A DNA stretch of 64,000 nt. Source: Auanema rhodensis. Taxonomy: Eukaryota; Animalia; Nematoda. Under the pieces are notes generated by a model. The model was not told the origin of the DNA. It ran no database searches and saw only the letters and a list, made by a program, of their open reading frames with translations. A program made the position numbers and the translations under genes. Location: contig OZ059895.1 in the NCBI GenBank assembly GCA_964057225.1, positions 5,890,001 to 5,954,000 of the forward strand. The letters are read 5' to 3'. Shown in pieces: positions 27,390 to 39,400 of this stretch (positions within the stretch are counted from its first letter, which is position 1; each line of letters begins with the position of its first letter).

Positions 27390-27465
<76 letters not shown>

Positions 27466-30400
27466 CTCTCTATTCCATTCTGCTGTCATTGCTCTGGTAT
27501 ACCAGGATAATTCAATATATTTCCATATATCTTACATATTCTCTCTATATATATGTTTTTCTGTTTCTTCAAAAATATTTGAACTTTCAACTTTTCGCTC
27601 TGCCTCATTCCTCTTGTACTTTTCTTTCTTTTACTTCTCTATTCATATCACTTTCATCTCTCTACTCAGAATAATATCCTACTCCCTGTTCGCATTATTC
27701 GCCAATTTTTATAAAAATCTCTTTCAATTTATATGGTAATTTCACGTACTCACGGGATTACTGTAATATCATTTACTTAAAATCATTTATGTGTATCGGT
27801 TGCATTCAACACTATTCATAACTATTTTCTTTATAGGATTTATATTCATCATCAAATATATAAAATATTATTTTGATATTTGTATAATTATAATAATTAT
27901 ATTAATTATAATTAACAATATCATTATATAGTTTCGCTAATTCTTCTTAAACTCCTATTTGAATGGAACGAATGCGAACACTTGAGCGAGTCGTTGAGAC
28001 ACGTATAGATCTTCTGGAATGGGAAAAAGCAGAGCCAAAAGAAGATTGCGCCTCGTGTCGAGCACTCGATTGCGACATCATCTTTGCTTTGCTGTTTACA
28101 ATGGTTATAGCTTGCTTATTAGTTCTCATTATGGTATTTTGGCTAAAAGGTGTCTTACAATACGAGGAGTAAGTCATATACAAAGTGATTTTCAAATACA
28201 AATGCTGATGCTTTAACATCAATAAGTTTGTTGAACATACATTTATCTCCAAACAAGATAAGATGAGACTAACTGCAATCCGGAATATTGTCATATCCGG
28301 TTAATATTCTAATAACAAGAGGAATATCTTTAACATTACATGATTGTTATGATCTTATTCATCAACACTTCAAAAATATACGATTTTTTTAAAAATTATA
28401 TTTTAAATTATTAGTTAATTAAAAATTTTATAATACAAACAGAACATCGAATCAATAAATAATTATATAATTAATTGTATAATAATTATTTTCTATTAGA
28501 ATGTGATCGAGTATTTGATGAAACACAGCCTAAAGGCGAATTTTCATTTCCAATTTTGCCTAAAAATCCAACAGATGAACTGTTTAAGGAGAATAACACA
28601 CGACTCAGCAATTTACAGGTTTTTTAATATAATTCCAAAATAAATTTTTTATTATTATAATATAATTAGTTAATTACATTAATATAATATTTAATATTAT
28701 TTTTATTTTCATAGAATGTGTGTCACAATCAAAATTTTGTTTACTGTAGTCGATACAGTAATATCTAATTAGACCTTTATTGTAAAGTGTACGGTAATTC
28801 ATAATACCGTAACAATATTACTCATTACCTTCATAAACTTATTCTGAAACATCAGCATTTGAATTTGAAAATTAAAATCAAAATAATCAAAAAATTGGAA
28901 TTGTTGTAGTGTGTATACTCGTTTGTCGCGGGACAAGGGCAACGCGTAAAGTTGGAGTTTGAGCATTTCCAACTTGCTGGCAGTTCTGAAAGGTTTGTGA
29001 ACTAATTATTCGAATTTGAATTACTTATTTTTATATTTAATTTAATAAAGTTATAATAATTATATGTTTTCAGCTGCGAAATAGAATATGTTGATATATA
29101 CTCTGAACTTGAAAGCATCGATTCCGATCTGCTTTCAGGTGCATTAGGTGGCCGTTATTGCGGTTCTGTAGCTCCACATATCCGTATAAGGTTAGCCATA
29201 ATTAAGCTTTTAATCAAAAATAATAATACTTATTTGTATAGTTTACGTCGTGTAATAGTTCTTGTCTTTCATTCGCGAGCTCGTGAGCGCAGTCACGAAT
29301 TTGGTTTTCGAGGCAAATATTCCTTTATCTCTGAGGGTAATATATACATAATATATACAATTATAATAATTATATGTTATAGCTAAATATGTTCCGGGTC
29401 GACGGGTTGATAGTAAAAATATGTGTAATTTTTTAATTGAGCCTCAAAATAAGAAAAAAGGTGTTATCTATTCACCAACATATCCTGGCACATATCCTAA
29501 AGTATGTATTAAGATATATGATATTATAGCTTTTTCTTTAATTTTATATCTTATAAGTTATCAGTTTTAACTGTTTTTTTTTAGAATTTTCATTGTTCTT
29601 ATCTGTTAAAAGGACGAAGTGGTCAGAGAATTCGACTCCTATTCCGAGATTTTGATATCTACTTTGGTGGAGAGCAGTAAGTTATTGTTCAAATAATTAA
29701 TATTCAAAATTTTATTATTCATTATTGAAAATTATTTTAAATTTTAGTTGTCCTTATGACTCAGTCACTTTATTTGATGGACCCAGACCAACTGATCCCA
29801 TTTTAAAAAAGGTAATTTTGGAATTTTTATTAATTATAAGTAATATTATAATTATAATTTCAGGTTTGTGGTCTTCAACAACGAATGGAATTGTATTCTG
29901 TGGGTCCTGAGCTTTTAATTCATTTCAATTCAACGAATCCAGCTAAAGCTGATCCGCGTGGGTTAGTAACTATATGATATAATACCTTAACTATTACTTA
30001 ACTATTTCAAGATTTGTGATAGAATATGAATTTTCAACTCGGTTTGTTGATATTGCTCAGTTAGTGAATGGGGAGCGTGGTGTTACTCATATGCGAGGAA
30101 CTGAATGTGATATCCGAGTTGAAAGTAATCGTGAGACAATTCATTATATTCATAGCCCTGGGGTACGTTTTAATCTTTTTATTAGAATTATTTTATAAAA
30201 TAAATATTTTTATTTATATTTACAGTTTCCTAACTTATATCCAGCTAATACAACATGTGCTTATATCCTTGATGGCTTACAAGGAGATCAAAATTTAGAA
30301 AAAGTCATCGTAACATTTGATGAATTAGCTGTTTTATCAACAGATTCTGAAATGTATATTTTATTATAATATTATATATATATAATTAATTATATTATCT

Positions 30401-32593
30401 TTATAGAAATAATAATATAATTATAAGTTCGGGTGATGATATAACATGTCCAGTAGCATGGGTTGGTATTGCCACCTCAGAAGCCAGTATGAAAACTGTA
30501 TTATCTACAACAGACGATCAAAATTTCGAAACAACTCTGTGTGAACGTATACCAAAAGGTTTTAAACTATTTTTACTTCAAAATAAAACATATGTTTAAG
30601 CTTCAACAGCTCTTGGACCATATGAAAGTGAGGGACCACGTATGGTTATTCAATTTGGTACAACTGATAAGATCGTTAATGATAATATACATCCTCTTGG
30701 TTTTCGAGCTAAAATTGAATTCAAAACAGGTATATATAATTATTTAATTTATGCTATAATTATATATTTATTTATAGATTTTGGTGTAGCTGGAGAACCA
30801 ATGGGAACATCAAATGAATGTCTCTTCCGATTCCGAACTCCAATGGGCTTTTTCAATAGCCCTCGTTATCCAGCTAATGTAAGTTTTTCAAAATAGTTTA
30901 TAAATTTAATTATTATATAATAATCTTTATTATAGTATCCACTTGATACTAATTGTTCTTACTATATACAAGGTGGACCAGGTCAACAAATTTTAATTCA
31001 TTTTGAACAATTTGCTTTGTTTGAAGAAGATGAAAAGTAAAATCATTTAGTTTATCAAGAAAAAAACATAAATTATCATTTTAGTTGTAAAGATTGGCTG
31101 GAGATCTATGATGTCTTCCATGAGTCAAATGGTGAAGAACGCTTGTCTCTACAAGGTAAAGCTTTAAAGATTTAACTTCATTAGAAACTTGGAACTTGAA
31201 TTTCAGAGCGATATTGTGCTGGAGCTTTTCCAGGACCTACAGTCTCAGCGTTTGGAGCTCATGAAATGCGTGTAATTTTCAGTTCTGATTCATCTGGAAC
31301 CGGAAACGGGTTCAAAGCACTTTATGAAATTCGTCCATCACGTCGAGAAGATATTCCAACTACAGGTCATATCTAAAGATTAAAGTCATTTTCTAATTAT
31401 CTGGAAACTTCAGATTCCCATGGTAATCGTTGTGGTAGGCGTATATATGCATCAGCATCATCTCCAACAGGAAGTCTAACTTCTCCAAATTATCCAATCA
31501 AATATACAAAAGATGTTCATTGTGATTGGGAAATTGTAGCTCGTGAAGGCCATAAAGTAATTTCAATTGTTTTATCGATTTATTGGATAATCATATTTCA
31601 TTATTTCAGCTTCTGCTTACAATTTCTGAAATGGAAGTTGAAGGAGCTATGACAGCTACAACAGCGAATTGTCAAAAAGCTGTTATACGTGTAGCGGGAG
31701 CTGAACGCGCTGAGTACTGTGGAACAGATCAGGCTATCTTTGCTCCAGTTGTAACACATAACAATACCGTCCGTATCAGGTTTTAATATAATTTTATGAA
31801 TTTCTATAATTTACCATGTGATTATATTTTAGTTTTCTTACTAGTCCTGATAAAGTAAATGGTTTAAAAGGATTTAATATGACATGGACAGAAGTTCGTC
31901 AAGTTAAAGGTAAATGATAAACATATTTGATGAAAACAAAGTCTTCTTTTGTTTTATAGAAATGTCTGAATGTTCATCACCATCTGAATATCTGTGTACA
32001 TATTCTCGTTTATGTATTAGTGCTGAATTACGTTGTAATGGTGATGATAACTGTGGAGAACATGATGATACTGATGAAAGTCATTGTAAGTTTATAATAA
32101 TTTTAAGATCAATCGTTCTGGGACCTATTTAAATTAGTTTGCATGTAAATACGCATGAAGAGTTAACTATATGTAGTCTGATGGCTTGACGTATAAGCTT
32201 ATTGCATGTCTAATCTTATAGAAATCTATTCTAATCTTTCATTAACTATACTATAACTATACTATAACTATAATAGTTATTATTAGATTTCTTTCTATCC
32301 TTTCAATTATCTATAATTCTATTTCAATTTTCATTTCATCTATGAATCTTATATGTATTTAGATATACATATATGTAGATAATTCTTTTTTTTTTAACGA
32401 ATTTATGCCTTTTTGAGGTTTGGCAACACGTTCTACCGTCTATGATTGGCTTTCCGTCTTCTCCAGTTCATCAGTTTCATCTGTATCTCCCACATCATCT
32501 TCTATACCTTCGTCCTCAGTTGCATCTTCCTCATCCTCATCCTCCTCATTCATCTTCACTTTTTCAATTATTCTTTATTTTATTTTAGCATAT

Positions 32594-32625
<32 letters not shown>

Positions 32626-33603
32626 CTAAATTCTTTTTTCATTCATTTTGTCCCTTTTCTATTTTTGATTTCATAAATTCATTCTCATCTTTACAATCTC
32701 TCAGATTTATATTTAACAAATCTTTAAAGCTAAAATCAGATAATTCCAACTAAATTCTACTAATTTTCATCTAAAAAAACACTTTGTTTATTTATTGTGT
32801 GTTATTCAATAAATCATTAACATTCATTTATGTTTAAAGCATATTTGAATTATAACATTTTTTTATTTATTAAATAATTAACATTGTAATTATTAATTAT
32901 AAATATATAAATAAATTATTTTATTTATATGTTGTATTGTATTTTTCTTTTTTTTTTATTTACCTTTCTATTTAACAATTAATGTTATTCCATTCATATA
33001 TACATGTTCATACATGTATGTATGTGAATTGGCTGACAGAAATATATTGGAATGTGCTTTGCATGTTGATGATGTTAATCATAATCCTCAAACTACAGTT
33101 CATATCTTAATCTATATCATATGATAAACATAATGATTTAATAACAAAATATAATATTTGTTTATTTGTTTATTCAAGTTGTATCTTATATTATAGGTGA
33201 GCTTGAAATCAACTCAGCTGATAAGACAATAGTTATTGCTGGTGTATTCTGTGGATCAATCTTTCTTTTCATTTGTGGCTTTTTCTGTTACTTGTTTAAG
33301 AAAAAATTGGAAAGAAAAAAGAAAAAGCAACGTCATAATACAGGAAGACATCGACAGAGACAGCCCTATCGATCACAAAAACCAATGGGAAAAGCTGGAC
33401 ATCTGAGCGATTCGTATGTCTATCTATCTATTTTAGATTTTCATTATAATCATTTTCATAATTCAAATATTTTTTTTTATTTCAGCGAATTACCATCACC
33501 AGCAACATCTCGGTTTGTTCATCATGATGCAACTGGTATTCTACCTCCAATTACATTACAAACAATAAATGATCCTAATGGAGATTATACCTTTTATGGA
33601 TAA
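24306..33603 (+). CDS. lev-10: LEV-10, multi-CUB + LDLa single-pass protein that clusters levamisole-type acetylcholine receptors
   Basis: Signal-peptide exon 24306-24387 (MDNVIRLFAYIIIFLLPICIG) splices in phase to 28500 (Q-CDRVFDE). Repeated CUB motifs follow (CVYSFVAGQGQRVKLEF, IYSPTYPGTYP, FNSPRYPANYP, LTSPNYPIKY), then an LDLa exon (CSSPSEYLC...CNGDDNCGEHDDTDESHC), a TM segment and a basic tail. Nested eat-18 and adjacent unc-95 support the orthology. Confidence 0.92.
27963..28506 (+). CDS. eat-18: EAT-18, small single-pass auxiliary protein of the pharyngeal EAT-2 nAChR; exon 27963-28168 nested in lev-10 intron 1, spliced to lev-10 exon 2 in another frame
   Basis: ORF (MER)MRTLERVVETRIDLLEWEK...CRALDCDIIFALLFTMVIACLLVLIMVFWLKGVLQYEE resembles EAT-18. 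A perfect donor GA|gtaagt lies at 28169, and splicing to 28500 gives GA-A ATG TGA (E-M-stop). The start could be 27963 or 27972. Confidence 0.9.
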
Positions 33604-34307
33604 ATTATAAATATTTATCAAATTCATGAAAAATTAGAAAACTATTTCAAATTGTTTTTAGAAAGATTATAACTCAAATCATTAAGGACACATTCCGAAT
33701 TACTTATATTCTAATGAAAACATTTCTTCTTTATTTTTTTTTGAAAGAAATATTAAATTATACATATATTTGTGAAAATTTATATTAAAATCTTTTCAAT
33801 AATCTATTTTTTTTTGTATAAAATTTGTTAATTATGTGTATGAATTTCAAAAACCTATTAATTTGCTCATGTTGTATTTGGATTATTTTAATAAAAAATT
33901 ATGTCAAATATTTTATTTTATATTAATAATAAGAAAAAAATAAAAATTTCTACATAATCAAAATAGAATAATAATGAAAATTGGTCAATTTTTTTAAAAA
34001 ATTTTCTGTACATTCAGGTCAGATTAAAGATTGAACGTAATAAACCAAGTACTGCCAGTTCTATGTAAATTTTTGGATTTTCTACTTAAAAATTACAATC
34101 TCTATATAAAGGTATGGAACAAGGACTAGTCAAACTTTACGCACCTGACTGATCATTGTATTGAAATTTCAGTTAAAAGTTCAAAAAATTTGATTTAATC
34201 TGCTCAGTTTGCTAATATTTTCAAAGTTTTATTGGATTAACTGTTTTATTTATTTTATTTTATATTTATTTGTTTTAAGAGAAAAAAAAGAACAGAAATA
34301 ATAAAGT

Positions 34308-35192
34308 ATGTCAGATGTATTACTTGGCTTAGCATTCGCATGTTTAACTTCTTTGTGCTTTGGATCTGTTTTTGTTCCAATTCGAACTGCACCAGCTGGT
34401 GATGGTATGAATATATCTGTTAATTTAAATATTTCAAATAAAAATTTTTCTAATTTCAAGGTGTCCTTGCTCAGCTTTTCCTTTGCTTGGGTGGCTTTGT
34501 TGTATGTTTAACTACACATATTATACAAGGATGTCCACAGTTTTATCCTTTAGCTATGTTAGGAGGATCACTATGGTGTATAGGTTAGATATATTTATAT
34601 TTTATTAAACGAATTATATAACTAAACCATATAAGCATTGTTGTGATGAAAGAAAAAATGCATAAAATCACATAATATTATGAAAAGATAAAGGAAAGCA
34701 GCTTGAAAATTAGAAAAAAATTGTGTTTTCAGCATTTTTTTATGAGAAAATTGTATTTCTGAATGAAAATTAAATAAAAGCCGTGTTGAAATGCTGCAAA
34801 AATATGAATTTTATAGGAAATTGTTGTGCTATTCCAATTATGAATAAACTTGGAATGGGATTAGCATTACTTGTATGGAACGTATTCAGCTGCCTAACAG
34901 GTTGGGCATCTCAAAGGTAATAATACTTATAAACTTGATAAAACATTAAAGAGAAATCAAATTAATTATTTATTAAAATATTTTTTTTAACAAAAAAAAG
35001 TAAAAAATATAAAATGTTCACGTGTGCATTCATATGAACAAGAAAATATGCAAATTTAGTTAATTTTATGTAATTATAATTATAATTTTGTAAAGAAATT
35101 AATAAGAATATAGTTAACATCATTAAAAATTTTAAAAATCATATATGTATATGCAAACTAACAATAAGAAAGAAATTATTTATAAAAATAAT

Positions 35193-35236
<44 letters not shown>

Positions 35237-36444
35237 TCACTTTCTTTCTATTCGTCTTCCTTAAAAATAATTGTTAAAATAATTTTAGATATGGCTTATT
35301 TGGATTGGTTGCTCTTGAGCCAGCAAATGTCTTTTTAAATTATATTGGAATAATATTCTTGCTTGTTGGGTAAATATTATATGAAGCTTTATAATTTCAA
35401 AAAAAAACTATTTCTCTTTTAGAGGTGCAAGCTATGCTCTCGTTAAACCTGAACCTAAAAATTGTTCAATTTCAGAACAATCAGAATTAGAAAAGAATGT
35501 ATATTATCTAATTATGTTTTATATATTTCATATATTATTAAGGCATATTATCCAAAAAAAGAAGAAGAAGTTGGAGAAAGTTTACAAATTGAAAATGAAC
35601 TTTCCGATGAAGTGGAAAATCATATAAATCCTGGAGTGAAAGTCATGTATGTTTCATATACTTTTGTAATTATTTCTTCAAAACTATAATATATATAATT
35701 ATTTTTTTATTTTTTAGATACATCTTTGCTGCTTGCATTGCTGGACTTTTCTATGGAAACTTAGTCACACCAGTCACTTATATTATAGTAAATTCAACAA
35801 GAAAAACGTTTTTTTTTTCATTCAAAACCTGATTTTTAGACTCATCCTGAGATTTATCCTAATGCTCCCAATAGCTATCTTCCATATCTTTTTTCTATTT
35901 GGATGGGAATATTATTAACATCTATAGTAGTATGTATTGGATATTCTGTTCTAAAGTTTGTTTGTTTAGCTTATTTCTTTTTCAATTTTGAAATTGTTCT
36001 CATAAACTTTATTTTCTCAAGGCGATAATTTTCAGACGAAATCGCCCACTATTTCATCCTGAGGCTTTGATTCCATCTTTCATATCTGGTATCATTATGG
36101 GATTAGGATTTGTTCTTTTCTTGATTTGTAATCAACTTCTTAGCCAAGCTATTGCATCTCCTGTATGTGTAATGGCACCAGGATTTGTTGTAGCCCTTTG
36201 GAGTACGCTGTATTTTAAAGAAATCAAGGTGTGTTTAATAGAAACTGATAATGTGTCCGTTGTGGTCTAGTGGTTAGGATTTATGGCTCTCACCCATAAG
36301 GCCGGGGTTCGATTCCCCGCAACGGAATAACTTTTTGTTAATGCACTAAGAATTTTTTAGGGACGAAAAAACTTGATAATTCTTGGATTTGCTTATATCT
36401 TTACCCTCTTGGGAGTTGTATTAGTGGCAGTCTCAAAGGAATAG
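34308..36444 (+). CDS. TMEM144: TMEM144-family (DMT superfamily) multi-pass membrane protein (multi-exon)
   Basis: Spliced translation includes CFGSVFVPIR...GDG-VLAQ, FYPLAMLGGSLWCIGNCCAIPIMNKLGMGLALLVW, GWASQRYGLFG and PGFVVALWSTLYFKEIK-GRKNL, ending LVAVSKE*, all typical of TMEM144. Confidence 0.85.
36256..36327 (+). tRNA. tRNA-Glu (anticodon CTC)
   Basis: 72-nt cloverleaf: acceptor stem TCCGTTG/CAACGGA, A-box TGGTCTAGTGG, anticodon arm TATGG-CT-CTC-AC-CCATA, B-box GGTTCGATTCC, and a T5 Pol III terminator at 36332-36336. Confidence 0.97.
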
Positions 36445-39400
36445 CATAAAGAGAATGTGTGACACAAAAATGACAGAAACACGGATGCCTTTCATCTATT
36501 TTGTACTTTTTTTGAGACAATTTTTATTTTATTTATAATTATTCTGTAAAAACAAATACTAGTACTAGTTTATTAATATTCATATAAACGACACACGTAA
36601 GAATATGAACAATTTTCCTCAAAATTTTAAGAAGTTTTCATTCTTAATTTATAAATTTTAAAATATTTTGCTCAAATTAATACAACTTGTAACTATTTTC
36701 CATTAATTTCTGATTATTTATTATAATTATTATTAATATTTATTTAATTAATCATAAAATATAAAAGAATATATAATAATATAATCAATATTCTTTATAT
36801 ATAATAAGTAAATAAATAAAATAATTTGTTTATTATTCTTTTAAATAATTTTCATTTAGTATAATGAACGGAATTGTATTTCAAAGAAAAATGAAAGGAA
36901 CACCAATCACTTGAAGAATGACACAAAGGCAAAAAATAAGAAGAAAAGAGAGATATGAACTAAGAGAAAGAGCAGGAGTTCATAATCGAAGGAACATACT
37001 CTTAGTTGTATCTTCACCTCCTCTTTCATTCACATCAACTGTTTCTACAAAATTCAGTTGTTGTCTGTCTAAATGTATAAACGAAGATGTGAGATGCCAG
37101 CATTTCATTTTAAAAATGAAATTAGTACTAATTGTTATAGTTAAAGTGATCGAAGGTGTGAAGTGTCTTGATGATCGTCTTCATCATCGTCGTTGTCGTC
37201 GTCGTCGTTCGTCGTCTTTATCGTCGTAGTCGAAATTTGTGATGAGAAGAAAGAAGAAGTCGTAGAAGCAGAAGCGATAAAGAGGAGGAAGTAGTAGAAG
37301 TGGGGGAGGGAGTAGCTAGGAGAAGAGAAAAAGGAAGACACATACATATATGAGAAAAGCAAAGAAAACCAGAGACATAAAATAGAAAAGAAAAGACACA
37401 AGCTTAATGTCTATATCTGCCTTTGGTTGTGTGCATGTTATGTGCTTCGTGTTGTATAAGAGAAATAATGAAAAAGGGGAGTGGGAATGTGAGAGACGGA
37501 TAACTAAGAGAGTGAGAGAGAGGGAAGAGAGAGAGTTAAGATGGCAAAAGGCAATGCTTTGAGAGACGGAAGGCAATAACCGTCAGGGCTGATTCTGCTC
37601 TCGGGGGTTCTTTGCCGTCCGACGGCCCCAAGTAGTAGCAGCAGCAGTCCAGCCCATGCTTGAGGTCGCAAGTCGATCACCTCTCTCTTTCTTTTTCTTT
37701 TGCTCGCTCTTCACTACTCTGTCTATCTCTAGATAAACCCATATTTCTCTGCATCTCTCAGCTGGTCTTCACTCTGCTTAACTATATCTTTCAGGCATCT
37801 CTGCTACCCTCCTCCAATTCATCTTGTTCTCATGGCTTTGTTTGGCTTTCTCTCAGATCTCGCGCCGTCTGCTGTATCCGTGTAACTCTCTCTTCCAACT
37901 CTCATCTGCTCAGAGCTGCTTTCCCTATTTTCAAGCTCTCCTTTCTCTTCACAGCGCCTGCTCTCTGCCTTCCTCTGTATTCAGCCTTTCTTTCTCTCCC
38001 TTCATCTCTCTTCCAAGCCAGCCAGCCTCTTCTATTAGCAGCCAAAAGGAATAACGCGGGGCGGTTGCGTAGCGGCTTAACCAATGAAGCTCTTGTGTGT
38101 TTGGCCATCCTTTAAACTTTAATCATATTTAGTTCTTACTGAAATTGTCTTTCCCTCTCACATTCTCACTATTCTCTGCCTTTACCTCAAACCGATCTCT
38201 CTCTTTCCTCTGTCTGTCTCTCCCTCGCACCTTGCTCTCGTCCTTCAAGCTTCTCTCCCCTCATCCCCATCTTTAACTTTTTTTGTCATTATCTCCTTAA
38301 CTTTTTTGTTGTATATTTATTCTATTTTGTTAACTCATTACAGCGTCATCTGTAAATTCCTATTTTTACAACTTCTTCCAACTAACTATGCTCAACCATA
38401 TTCCTTCCTAAAAACTTGAGAGCTTCTCGCAGCATTTTCACTCGTTTAGTACATTTTTTTATTTCTCCATATCTTTTCTTCCTCTATCGTCATGTTAGAA
38501 TGTACTATATCTTCTATTAAATGGAATTTATATAGTTTACTTTGTATTTTTTTCGATATAATTCTTTATTACATTTCAAAATATCATTGAAATCAACTGT
38601 ATCTAAACATCTGTTAAACGATTATTTTTTCGATCTCGGCAAATCATCGGAGCTTATTCTACATATCTCTGTCCATTACAGTTTTCTTCTAATCTTTCAT
38701 ATATTTCTAGAGGATATAGATGAATACAAGGCAATTATTATTATATTTCAATATCTATCGTATACTATTTATACAAATCATATAAGTTATCATTTATTTT
38801 TACCCAATAATCAGCAAAATAATAATAATTTTACATTCAATAATTGAATCCAGGTAATACTCTTGTCACTAAGAGATTAAACTGAGAATATAACTAGAAA
38901 TCAATTGACGTCAATCGGTAAGCCAAAAGGATTTTATAGAAGTTTTACAAAGCTTTTCCAACACATCTTTTTTCTGTTCACAAGCTCAAGTATGATAAAA
39001 TAAATTTCCATTTACTTCCTCACATTTTTACTTCCCCTTTCATCTGATTTCCTCTCCTTATTTTTCCTTTCTTCTTAGTCAAATTTCTTAAAATTATCTT
39101 TTTTTTTTAAATTTTAATATTAATAGTTTAAAGTTAATAATTATATTTATATATTATTAAATATAATAATTGAACTTGTTTAATATTTACCATAACTTGG
39201 GTATTCATATGAAATTTGATAGTCAATTTTGACCACGTGCTTTACATTTCAGTTGAAGTTCTTCTCTGTTGTTCTGTTCTATGAAAGTTCATTTGTACAC
39301 TAAGCGATTGCCTAGCTTTTTCATAATATAACTAAAACCTTCACGTCATCTGAATATCCAATAAGTAAGGTGGTCAGGATGATGAAGAGTACAGGCTCGA

